A stretch of 64,000 bases of DNA from an uncultured Acidobacteriota bacterium (lineage in GTDB: Bacteria; Acidobacteriota; Thermoanaerobaculia; Multivoradales; UBA5704): assembly GCA_963799925.1 (NCBI GenBank), contig CAWCYZ010000002.1, forward strand, positions 1,726,123 to 1,790,122, read 5' to 3'. The number at the start of each line of letters is the position of its first letter. Positions within the stretch are counted from its first letter, which is position 1. The notes under the pieces are model-generated. The model did no database searches. It was not told the DNA's origin and worked only from the letters and a program-made list of their open reading frames with translations. The position numbers and the translations under genes are program-made. This document shows, piece by piece, positions 47,666 through 57,265 of the stretch.

Positions 47666-49330
47666 ATGACTCGGTTTGATCAGTTCACCAGCATCGAGTC
47701 TGCGGCTCATAAGGCTACGACACACGCGCTGTCGGAGCGACTGCTGGGCGGATCGCTGACGCCGATCTTCGACTCTCCCGAGCGGCGACAAAGCCTGATT
47801 CTCGATGCGATCGCCAAAACGCTCTGCAACTATGGCACGCACTGGGTGGGCCAAGGCGCTCCCGCGTTTGTGGCGCCCTGCAGCCGCCCGCTCCCGACGC
47901 CGCTAACCGAGTTTCTCGATAAACTGCGCAAGGTTTCCCGGTATCTCTCGCTTCATATCTTCGATGTGTTCGACCACGAACGCCGCACTATTGCCTCAGT
48001 CTTCACCGAGGCAATGCCGCCGCAGCTTACTCACAATTACGTCGCTATCGAGGAGAAATACCGTCAGTTCGCGCGCGCGCGCGTCCCGACGCTGGTGCAG
48101 TGGATGCAAGAAACGCTGGCCAAAGAGCCTCGTCATGAATCGCTGGCGTTGAATTCGGGAACCTTGAATCTGGCGGGTTCTCCGACAGCTATGTTTCCCA
48201 AGGACTACTGCATCGCCACTTTTCGGCGTTTTGGCTGGGACCCGCTCGCGCCACGGACGATCGACATGCTAATCGCCACCGACCTGATTGGCCGGGAGGC
48301 TCATCCCGAGTTCGCCAATCAGCTCTCCGAGGCATTGCATTTTACGGTGTCGCCGCGAGACGCTGCATCAGTCGCTCTTGCGCTGTATCTGTGGGAGGCA
48401 GGGCTGCCGGAAATCCACATCCTGCCCTATTACGTGCGGCTGTTTGCGTGGCAGCTGACGGGCGCTGCCGAGGAGCCAGGCGCGGACCTTGCTGCCGTGG
48501 TCGGCGGTCTTTCGTGTACTTTCAAGGATCCCAACTCAGTCTCCGACGAGATTCTGTTCGGCATCGACTCGCTAGCCCGCGGAATTGCCGGTGCTGTTGC
48601 CTTCTTCGGGCTGCAGCTCGCCCGCATGCTGTTCTCTCGAGTGCAGCTGCCGCTGATGCTCGAGCACGAACTGGGGCAGGACATCGGACAGTTGCTCAAT
48701 CTCCTTGCGGGCAGCGCGAGGATCGACCATGGCTACATGCACCGGGAGCTCACTTATTTCGAGAGCCGTTTCAAGCAGCTCTCGGTGAGCGCCAGCCTGG
48801 AGGCGCCTACTGTACCGTCTGCGCGGCCCGAGAGTCGCCAGATGTGGACGGAACTCTTCGCCGATATGTGCCGCCGCGGTGCGCCACCTACTCGGCACGT
48901 CACGTTGGTGGTCGAGTCGCGCGCCGGCACAAAGCGATTGAGGCTGGACGGCGCCGGACTGACGGGCCGGCTTCGACGTCTGCCATGGCCGCCACCGCTG
49001 GCCTGCGCGCGCGCCCACCTGCGCGCCATCCTGGCGAACTTGATTAAGAATGCTCTAAAGGCTGATGCGAAACAGATCGAGCTGCGCTTCCACCCCGGCG
49101 AGGGTGAAGAGCTGCTATCCATCGACTGCTGGGACGATGGTAGACCGATGCCCATGGCGCCCGGGCCCAGGTTCGGTACCAATTTCGGATTGCGGCTAAT
49201 CGAAAAAGACCTGCGCGCGATTGGTCATGGTGCGTCCTTGGACGTGCCCTGGGGAAAGAGCGGCGAGGAGAAGGTTTTTCGTCTGACATTGCCTGTCACT
49301 CGTCACGTTCGGGAAGGCGCCGGAGGATGA
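47666..49330 (+). CDS. Cytoplasmic histidine-kinase-like protein: unrecognised 350-aa N-domain + H-box-like helix + HATPase_c
   Basis: ORF 47591..49330, likely ATG 47666 (MTRFDQFTS). LMLEHELGQDIGQLLNLL (H-box-like). N-box LRAILANLIKNALKA, G1 CWDDGRPM, G2 GTNFGLRLIEKDL. No TM segments. Intact frame. Confidence 0.6.
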   Translation: MTRFDQFTSIESAAHKATTHALSERLLGGSLTPIFDSPERRQSLILDAIAKTLCNYGTHWVGQGAPAFVAPCSRPLPTPLTEFLDKLRKVSRYLSLHIFDVFDHERRTIASVFTEAMPPQLTHNYVAIEEKYRQFARARVPTLVQWMQETLAKEPRHESLALNSGTLNLAGSPTAMFPKDYCIATFRRFGWDPLAPRTIDMLIATDLIGREAHPEFANQLSEALHFTVSPRDAASVALALYLWEAGLPEIHILPYYVRLFAWQLTGAAEEPGADLAAVVGGLSCTFKDPNSVSDEILFGIDSLARGIAGAVAFFGLQLARMLFSRVQLPLMLEHELGQDIGQLLNLLAGSARIDHGYMHRELTYFESRFKQLSVSASLEAPTVPSARPESRQMWTELFADMCRRGAPPTRHVTLVVESRAGTKRLRLDGAGLTGRLRRLPWPPPLACARAHLRAILANLIKNALKADAKQIELRFHPGEGEELLSIDCWDDGRPMPMAPGPRFGTNFGLRLIEKDLRAIGHGASLDVPWGKSGEEKVFRLTLPVTRHVREGAGG

Positions 49331-50827
49331 ACCGGTTCTTGCTGCTGGTGGACGATCAGCCGGAGGAACACCGTCTAAAGCAGGCCCTCGGTAAGGAGTT
49401 TACGGTCTCCGTCTGCCGGAGTTCCGCTGAACTGCAGCACGAGCTGGATCGCGGGTCGCTGCCATATGACGTGGTGCTGGTTGACTACCGCTTCGATTAT
49501 AACTTCGCGCCGAGATTCCCGAATGGGATTGTGGCCACAGCGGCGCTGATCCAGATTTATCCGGAGGCGCAGGTAATCGCGCTTTCGCGATATCTAGAGC
49601 CGAGCGCGAAGCCGGAGGCGGGGAGCATCATCGGCGATTGGTTGCTAGCCGGTGCACGCTGGTTTTGCGACAAGCATCGCTTGTTCCAGGGGGACGAGCG
49701 GGACCGGCAGATCATTTGTCGCTTCGCCGACTACGGAGCCCGCCTGCGCGCGCGGTTGCAGCCTGCCGCCCCGCCCCAACTGGAGGGGCTATAGCGGCCT
49801 TGCGGATGCGCTGGCCGCCTTGACAAGGATCGCACGCTATCCGGTCTCGGTCCTGCTGGTTGGTGAGACCGGTACCGGCAAGGAGCTGCTGGCCAATCGC
49901 CTCCATGAGCTCAGCGGCCGCCGCGGTCGCTTCATTGTCGGCAACTGCGCCAATCTCAGGGGCGAGCTGGCGGAAGTGATGTTACACGGTCAGGAGTACC
50001 ATCAGAACGACCCGCGAGCGCGCGGGTTTCCCAAGCCGGGCTGGTTCGAGCAGGCCGAAGGCGGGACGGTCTTCCTCGACGAGGTTGGCGACCTCCCCAG
50101 CGAGGCGCAAGCAAGCCTGCTGCGTGTCCTTCAAGAGCGTAAGGTCCGGCGGGTGCTGGGCTCCGACTGGCTACCCGTCGACTTCCGTCTGGTGGCGGCG
50201 ACCAATCGGCCATTGCCACAGTTGGCGGAGAAGGGGTTATTCCGCACCGATCTTTACTATCGCCTCACGGTATTCGAGATCCGGGTGCCCTCTCTGAAAG
50301 AGCGCAAGGGCGATGTCGGCCAGCTGGCCCAAAGTTTGCTCGCACGCTATGGCCTGCTGTTCGGGCGGCAAGTGCGTCTGTCCGCCGAGGTGATCAGATA
50401 TCTCGTGGGGCGGCGCTACCCGGGCAACGTGCGCGAGCTGGAGAACGTTATCCAGCGGGTCGTTGTGCTAGCTTCCTCTGACGAGCCAGGACTTGCCGAG
50501 GTGCAGGCGATTGACCGACTAGTTCTTTCGCCATCGACGGCTGGACCCCTCGCCATCGATTCGCGCGAGGAGTACGCCCAAGCACTCGTCGAGTGGCTGC
50601 GAGCGCACGTCGCCGATCTTGGCAAGGCGATGGGGTTCAGATCGAAAACGGCCCTAATTCGTGCGGGCGTAGCTGAAGTGAGTAAACGGTACGAGCTCAG
50701 CAGTGGCTTGCCGCGGACTCCACACCACGTCTTGACGGAGCTTGTGCGGCCGGTAGACGCCTCGCTCTACGAGGAGATCGAGACACGCGCGCGGCGCAAG
50801 CGGAAGAGTTCGCACGAGGGCAAGTAG
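49327..50827 (+). pseudogene. REC + bEBP-type AAA+ regulator lacking the GAFTGA loop; +1 frameshift at about 49789, exactly at the domain junction
   Basis: ATG 49327 overlaps the upstream stop (ATGA). REC: LLLVDDQPEE...VVLVDYRF...ALSR...CDKH, ending ...PPQLEGL*. Skipping base 49789 gives ...PPQLEG|YSGLADALAALTRIARYPVSVLLVGETGTGKE (Walker A), VFLDEVGDL (Walker B), RTDLYYRL, GNVRELEN. The GAFTGA position reads HGQEYHQNDPRARGFPK. Confidence 0.7.
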
Positions 50828-50830
50828 ACC

Positions 50831-51588
50831 ATGAGCGCACCGATTTACTTCTTCGACGGGACGCAAGATGCTGCTCACCCGGAGCTCGTTCCGGCCGCCC
50901 GCCTACTAGATTTGGTTGACGGTGGCGCGTTCAGCATCGCCATCATCGATGACGAGCCGCCGCTCAGCGAGTCCCTGTTTCACGCTCTGGGGCTCCGTCC
51001 CGGCGAACGCACGTGTTGGGTATCACGGATTCGCCCACCGCTTACAACCTGCTGCTGGCGAGGCCCTTTCCATTCGACGCGGTCTTCGTCGACTGGCTGC
51101 TCGCGACCTGGCCACCCTTCGGGATGGACCTTTGCCGGGTCACCGGGATCCCCGACACGCTAGTGCACGGTCCATCCCCGGCTGGTCTCTTCCTCGGAAG
51201 CCACGATGAGAGGGGCCGCGCAGGAGCTCTTGGCGGGCACGCCGAGCTGCTCACTGCCATAGCGGTCGCGCAGGGCGTATTGACAGTCGCGCTCTCGCAG
51301 CACTTGCCTCCCGGCGCGCCGGAGAGCATCGCCTTGCGAGCACGCGGAGCGCATTACGTCGTCGAGAAACAGGAGCTCCGGGACCCGTCCCGTTCCAGTG
51401 TTATCTCGGAGCTCAGCCAGCTCCTTCATCCTCGGCGGCTGGTCGCGCGACCTGCGGCTTTGGCGCTCGCTACGTCCGGACCAGTACGTTGCTGTCCTCG
51501 ATCGACTCCGCGGTCTGACGCCAGACGAGATCTGCGGCACATGAACTCCTTCGACGGTCCGATCCCCGGGAACGGCACGCTGGGCTGA
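50831..51588 (+). pseudogene. REC-like single-domain protein with N-terminal extension; -1 frameshift at about 51013
   Basis: MSAPIYFFDG...FSIAIIDDEPPLSESLFHALGLRPGERT, then in the next frame VLGITDSPTAYNLLLARPFPFDAVFVDWLL...ALRARGAHYVVEKQEL. The extent of the true 3' end is uncertain. Confidence 0.45.
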
Positions 51589-51797
51589 CAGCGAACTCTG
51601 CCGATCTGACGGGCTACCTGGTCGGCTCACTCTCTGTCCTCGGCAAGCCAAGGCTGGCCTGCGCCTCGCACCTCCTCTCGGAAGTGCTGCCGCGCCTTCG
51701 GGAATCTGCTGCGGGGGCGCAAGCATGCCGACAAGGTGGCCATCTACTGCCGTCCCTGGGCAGCACCGAGGCGGATGGCGTGCCCTTGGGCACACAG

Positions 51798-52902
51798 ATG
51801 AGTGGGCTGCTGCGGACCGTCGATGCCGCCTACCGCCGCCACGTTCTTGACGACCGATGAGTACCTGCACCTGATCGTCGGAGGTGGGGTGCGCCGGATC
51901 GACCTGTTCGCCGCAAAGAACGTGGTGAGCGCCAACGACCCGCGGGCCGTCGAGTACCTGGGCACCTCTTTTTCGCCGAAGCTCGCGGCCAGTATCGACG
52001 ACAGCGGCGTCTGGCCAGCGGCAAAGCTCTCGAAGCTACGGCACCTGCTGCGCACAGGCCGCCGGAGGCGCATCTTTCATCAGGGCGAGGTCGTTGTCCG
52101 CTGTGCGGAAGGAGTGTTCGGACCGACGATTGACTCGCTGGTGCTGGGCGACATCCTCGTCAAGTTGGTTGGCAACGCCTCGTGCCGGCTGTCAGCCTCA
52201 AGACGCGTGGTGGAGATCGGCACAGGAACCGGATTCCTCCTCTGCCTTGTGACGGCCCACCTTGCCGGTGTTCTCGAGCTGGCGGCCGGCGCAACATGTC
52301 CCCGCGCGCAGTGGAGTGCGCCGTGGCGAACCTGAAAGCGACGTGGCCAGAAGGCGTTGCCTCCGGCAAGGCGCACGTGGCGGTCAGCGCTGACCTGCTG
52401 GCGATGATGCCCAAGATTCGTCGATCAGTGATCAGCAATCCGCCATACCTCCGGGAAACCCGCTGTGGGCGGTGGTGACAACGACTCGGCGATTGCTGGT
52501 GACCGCGTCTTGCGAGACATCCTGATAGGTTCCGGCACAGCGGCACTACGGCATGAGGGCGTTGTCCTGTTGGTTACCTCGACGTTGTCAAGTGGAATGA
52601 TGACGCCGCGATCGAGGAGGCCGCCCGCGGCGGCACCGGCTGGCACCATCGATGCCTGGCCGAGACCTGGGTGCCTCTCGACCTGCCGAGAGGTGCATGA
52701 AGATTCCGAATGGGCCTACGCCTTGGTCGCCACGCGGTCGGCTCATGTCCTCCTCGATGTCACTTCCGCCCAGCACCCGCTCCGTCATGGAGTCGTGGTG
52801 AGTGCCTACTCGCGGTCGCTCGAGTCTCGCCGATGTGGAGGAATGCCTGCGCGCAGGATGTCCCAAAGCTGCGACCTGATTACGGTGCGGCCCACCTCTT
52901 GA
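51798..52902 (+). pseudogene. HemK/PrmC-like NPPY methyltransferase, at least 4 frameshifts
   Basis: Colinear pieces in three frames: MSGLLRTVDAAYRRHVL | TTDEYLHLIVGG...VVRCAEGVFGPTIDSLVLGDILV...RRVVEIGTGTGFLLCLVTAHLAGVLELAAG | MSPRAVECAVANLKATWPEG...RRSVISNPPYL | GGGDNDSAIAGDRVLRDILIGSGTAALRHEGVVLLVTSTLS. Shifts near 51845, 52290, 52465 and 52590. End uncertain. Confidence 0.6.
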
Positions 52903-53665
52903 GATCGCTAAAGGCTACCGCGGGCCTGGCTTCGGTGCGACCTCCTCCCAGAAGCAAAGCAATCGCAGCAAACACCGGTGCTACCACAGCGTTGATGGCA
53001 GCCGGGGTGAGGTCGCGTTCCCGAAGCATCGACTCCCAGACGGCTCGCGGCAGGGTAGTCGTATTCTGGTTGGCGATGAAGACCGACAGGACTGTTTCGT
53101 CCCACGACGTAATAAACGCGAGCGTCCAGCCGGCCACGGCATGACGCCACAGGCTAGGCAGCCAGATCGCGGCAGATCGACAGCGAGGAACGCCAAGGAG
53201 CGAACGGCGTGACGGTATCCTTGTCGAGCCGCCTGGCGCCGGCGCGGAGCGCCAGATATGGGAAGGCAAGGCAAAGAGTAGTCTCGCCTAGAGCGATACT
53301 CCGGCGCCGGATTCGCCGACGATGCGGAAGTAGCCCACAGCCAGCGAGATGGGCGGCACGAGGAGAGTGGTCACTGCCAGCACGTCTAGGATCGTACTGC
53401 CGTTGCGGCGGCCGGTCGTTGAACCGTAGTACACCGCTGTCGCCGCCGTCAGCGTGGCAACGGTGGCGGCGCTTGCGGCGAGCAGCAAGCTGAGGACGGC
53501 GGCGCTGATCCAGAACGAGCTGCGCGCGCTGGCGAACCAGCGGGTCGAAAAGCCGGTGACCTCGAAGAAGCGCGAATCGGAAACCGCCAGCGGGAACACG
53601 ACCAGCGCCGGCAGCACGATGAGCACTGCGAGGCCGAGAGCCGCCAGGAAGCTCAGCCGTCTCAC
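52880..53665 (-). pseudogene. ABC importer permease (PotC-like), at least 2 frameshifts
   Basis: GTG 53665 opens (M)RRLSFLAALGLAVLIVLPALVVFPLAVSD...LLVPPISLAVGYFRI. Then LGETTLCLAFPYLALRAGARRLDKD in a second frame. Then RSLLGVPRCRSAAIWLPSLWRHAVAGWTLAFITSWDETVLSVFIANQNTTTLPRAVW in a third (EAA-loop region). Confidence 0.7.
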
Positions 53666-54509
53666 CGGCTTCCCTGATGAAATCGAGCAGCCGTCCTGGA
53701 CCCTTATGGTGAATGGCGGTGGCGCCCCAGGCCAGAAGCAGGGCGAGCAACGGGGTGACTACCGCTACCAGGGCAACGACGCTCGCCTCCTGAGTGCGCC
53801 CTTCGCCGAGCAGCGAGCCGACCAGTCTCGTCACCGTGATGTCTTCCATGCCTCCCAGGGCAGCAGGAGTGATGAACCAGCCATAGGCGAGGCGAACACC
53901 AGCGTCGCGCTGGCGCTCAGCGCGGGGATTAGCTGCGGCACCAACACCCGGACGACTGCCCTCAAGCGCGACGCACCGAGCAACAGCGCGGCGTCGAGGA
54001 GGTCGAGGTCGAGCCTGGCAGTGGCAGCGAACATCATGGTGACGGCCACTGGGAACGTCCAATGAATCAAGCCGAGGGTTGTCGCCAAGCTCGTCGAACA
54101 GCAGGGAGGACAGCTTGGCTCCGAGCCCGGGAGCGCCAAGTTTCGCCAGCAAGCGCTGGGCGAAGAGCAGCACGTACTGCACACCGAATACGCGGAACGC
54201 GATATTCACCCCGAGGGGAAAGAGGCAGCAGAAGAGCACCGCTCCCCTCGCGCGCGGCGACAGTGGTCTGGCGAGAAGTGCGACGATGGCTCCTGCTGCC
54301 GTTGTGATCAAAGCAACCAAAGCGGCCAGCTTCAAGGTGGCCAGCTCCACTCTCATCAACGTGGCCCAAGAGGTGTCCGACCAGCTCGCCGGGACCGCCA
54401 AGGCAGCAAATAGTACGACCACGGGCACGACGAGGCCGGCGGCAAGGATCAGATACGAGGGTGCCAGGTAGAGCCGCGCCGCCAGCTCGCGTCGGTGCCA
54501 GGCCCTCAC
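53662..54509 (-). pseudogene. ABC importer permease (PotB-like), at least 2 frameshifts
   Basis: GTG 54509 overlaps the SBP stop (GTGA). VRAWHRRELAARLYLAPSYLILAAGLVVPVVVLF...CCLFPLGVNIAFRVFGVQYVLLFAQ. Then GLIHWTFPVAVTMMFAATARLDLDLLDAALLLGASRLRAVVRVLVPQLIPALSASATLVFA in another frame. Then AYGWFITPAALGG...VVALVAVVTPLLALLLAWG back in the first. Confidence 0.7.
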
Positions 54510-55600
54510 CGTGTGCTTTTGAGCTTCCAGGTGCGCCATTGCGATTCCAGAGCCTCGTCGTTGTCCGCCCACCAACCGTTGTCTCTCTGAATCAACTGGG
54601 CGAGCACTGGGGGCGAGGTGGGGAGATGTTGCAGCGTCGGTTCATCCAGCAGCTTGAGGGCATCTTGGTTTGCCGGGCCATAGGGAATGAGCCGAGCCAA
54701 TGCCGCCTGGCGGTCCGGGCGCAGTGTGAACTCGATGAAGCGTCGGGCCACGTCCGCGTGCGGTGCATTGCGAGGGATCACCCACCAAAGCCAATCGAGC
54801 ATGCCCTCCTTAAAGGTCATGGCGATGGGTTTGCCTACCTTTTGGGCGTCAAAGGCTCGACCGTTCCAGGCGGTGCTGACCTCGACTGCACCCGAAAGCA
54901 GCCACTCGATCGGCTGACTGCCGCTACTCCAGAGCGCGATACGTTCGCGGGAACGCAGGTCGTTCAAGGCGATGAAGGCGCGCCTGACGTCGAGCGGATA
55001 GAGAGCCTGTGGGTTCGCTCCTGAAGACAGCAGGGCCGCTTCCAGCGTTGAAGCGGGAAGATCGCGGAGCCCACGTGCGCCCTTGATCTTGCGGCTGTCC
55101 CAGAAGTCGGCCCACGTAAGGTTGTGCCAATCCGGATGGCGTGCCGAATTCCAGGCAATGACGTCGGCGTAGGCGCAACTTGCCAATCCGTAAGGGTTCA
55201 CTCCCGCTGGAAGAAGAGCCTTGCCGGCGTGCAACGACGGGTCGAGGGAAGCCAACGCACCCTTGCGACCGGCCTGGAAAACGAAGTAAGTCTCGACGTC
55301 GACCACGTCCATCGAGGGAGAGCCGCTGCGCTGCCATTCGTAGAACTTGCCGTAGTCAGGGGTGCTCGTCTCGATGATCTTGATGCCGGTAGCGCGCGTG
55401 AACGGCTCGAAGAAGGCCTTGCGCTGAGCCTCCTGGTAAGCGCCCCCCCAGCTACCGACCACTAGCTCGGTGTTAGCTTTGCCGTGGGCGGCAGCTGGCA
55501 CCTTCGCCGGCTCGCGACGGCAGGCGCCTGCGTACAGCAGGACTGCTATCGTGAGAGCCAGAAGAGCGAGCGGGTGCCGCATTCTTCGTATCTGTTGCAT
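54506..55600 (-). CDS. Periplasmic substrate-binding lipoprotein, PotD/PotF (polyamine-type) family (intact)
   Basis: 364 aa. Lipoprotein signal MQQIRRMRHPLALLALTIAVLLYAGAC, then LVVGSWGGAYQEAQRKAFFEPFTRATGIKI...; family-1 SBP fold pattern. Confidence 0.8.
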   Translation of the reverse strand: MQQIRRMRHPLALLALTIAVLLYAGACRREPAKVPAAAHGKANTELVVGSWGGAYQEAQRKAFFEPFTRATGIKIIETSTPDYGKFYEWQRSGSPSMDVVDVETYFVFQAGRKGALASLDPSLHAGKALLPAGVNPYGLASCAYADVIAWNSARHPDWHNLTWADFWDSRKIKGARGLRDLPASTLEAALLSSGANPQALYPLDVRRAFIALNDLRSRERIALWSSGSQPIEWLLSGAVEVSTAWNGRAFDAQKVGKPIAMTFKEGMLDWLWWVIPRNAPHADVARRFIEFTLRPDRQAALARLIPYGPANQDALKLLDEPTLQHLPTSPPVLAQLIQRDNGWWADNDEALESQWRTWKLKSTR

Positions 55601-55601
55601 G

Positions 55602-56685
55602 TCAGGTCTCCTTGTCGGTCGGGTAGGCGAGCGGTTTGGCCGCGAAGGCGACCTCGGCCGGTCGACCGACGACCGCCACCTTGCCGCCCTGGGTTTCGAT
55701 CAGGAGCTCGTCTGAACCGCAGGTACAGTGGACATGATGCCGCGACCCGGTTTGCACCACCTGGGTGACTAGCACATCCAAGCCGGCCGGAGCCAGACCA
55801 CCATCGGGATTCAGGTACGCCCACTCGGGTCGGAAGGCCAACTTGGCTGCGGAACCGGTGGCGCCCCCGTTGGCCCCATCCAGCGCGCGGTCACGCTACG
55901 GCCGCCGACGGCAATGGTGGCGGCGCCTTCGGATATCTGCGTTAGCTCTCCGGATATGAGGTTCAACCCGCCGGTCAGGCGGGCGACTTCGATGCTGACC
56001 GGGTTCTCGTAAACATCGCTAGCGGTCGATACCTGTTGGATGCGGCCGCCGTGCCCAAGCACGACGATCCGGTCGGCCACCGAAAGCGCCTGTTCGCGGT
56101 CATGGGTGACCAGCACCGTGGTTAGTGCCAGCTCCCGGTGCAGGCGCACTACCAAGGTTCGCGCCGCATCGGCCAGCGGCCGGTCAAGGCTGGAGAACGG
56201 CTCGTCGAGGATAGGATCTCCGGCCCGGGAGCCAAAGCGCGGGCCAACGCAACGCGCTGCGCCTGCCCGCCAGAAAGTTGCTGCGGGCGCTTGGCGATGC
56301 ACTCCGATAGCTGGAGACTGCTAATCAGCTCCGACAATCGTCGGCGCTTCTCGGTGGGCGACAGCTCCGAGTACTGGAGACCGAAAGCGATATTGGCCCC
56401 GGCCGTGAGGTTTGGGAAGAGCGCAAGATGCTGGAACACGAACCCAACACGGCGATCTGCGGGCCTGATCTCGCCTGCCGGTCTTCCGGCCAGAAGAACC
56501 CTGCCCGTTGATGGCGGAAGCAGGCCGGCGATGAGTCGCAGAAGTGTGCTCTTTCCACTGCCAGAAGCGCCGAGTACGGCAACCAGTTCCTGCTGGGCAA
56601 TCCGGAGCAAGACTTGGCTTAGGACTTCTGGGTGGTTTCCGGAGTAACGGAACCCGGCCTCCAGGAGCTCGATCGGATGGGCCAT
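55602..56685 (-). pseudogene. ABC importer ATPase (PotA/FbpC-like), 2 frameshifts (both -1)
   Basis: ATG 56685 with AGGAGG 6 nt upstream. Walker A GASGSGKSTLLRLIAG, Q-loop FVFQHLALFPNL, signature LSGGQAQRVALARAL. Frame break at about 56213 inside Walker B (PEIL|ILDEPFSSLD). H-loop LVTHD. Second break at about 55850 before the C-terminal TOBE-like part. Confidence 0.8.
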
Positions 56686-56776
56686 GGCGGCCTCCTGTGG
56701 CAAGGCTCGTGCCTCAGTCACAAGTACTTGATAGACAAGGGGTTGTTAGCATGCATACTGCCCGGCGTATCCCCCA

Positions 56777-56808
56777 GTTTCGCAAGCGTTGCCCAAGGCT
56801 TGCGAAAC
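56777..56808. promoter_or_regulatory. Perfect 11-bp inverted repeat about 90 nt upstream of the ABC operon
   Basis: GTTTCGCAAGC-N10-GCTTGCGAAAC. Could be an operator, or a terminator for the upstream gene. Confidence 0.3.
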
Positions 56809-57265
56809 CTGCCGCGTCCGAGCCTAGACTAGGTCACGCCGGATCGGGATTAGCATCCGCCGCCGGGCCTCTTGCTGACCAGGCCCGGACGACGGCGCTG
56901 CTGTGCTCGCTGCGACCGAGAGTTGCCGCCGCGCTCTCGACGAGGTTGGACGCCGGGAAGCCGCTGCTGGCGGCGCTCGCCGCGGTGCTCTCGCGCCACG
57001 CGGGGCAATCGTTGGACGGTACCGATGCCAACTCCCCCAGTAGCGCCGTACACTCGCGGCTGGACAACGGTGGCCTCCTCTCTCTTGAAGTCTCGCAACC
57101 TCAAGATACAGAGGCCAAGCCACCATTGCCTTCTCCCCATCTCCCCGGAATTACCGGATGAACCAAAAATTCACAGACTCTGAAGCGAGTGAAGGATCGG
57201 CGGGGGCGCCTAAGGCATGCTGATTTTTCGCCTCCGGGCAAGAAGGCGGCTCGCGGCCCTTCCGG

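Noticed and set aside
49652-50827. Calling the AAA+ protein a sigma54-dependent enhancer-binding protein (NtrC family).
   Set aside because: The GAFTGA sigma54-contact loop is replaced by HQNDPRARGFPK. There is no Fis-type HTH at the C-terminus. I found no convincing -24/-12 promoter in the island.
51160-51870. 236-aa minus-strand ORF opposite the REC and methyltransferase genes in the island.
   Set aside because: Arg-rich with no motifs. It is antisense to sequence carrying clear REC signatures on the plus strand.
52641-52656. Sigma54-like promoter TGGCAC-N5-ATGC.
   Set aside because: It lies inside the decayed methyltransferase coding sequence. The -12 element is imperfect (ATGC rather than TTGC). 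No gene lies downstream in that orientation.
56830-57160. Possible gene remnant between the ABC operon and the Cys-rich gene (several overlapping 70-200-aa ORFs on both strands).
   Set aside because: No start/RBS, no recognisable motifs and mutually overlapping frames. Left unannotated.
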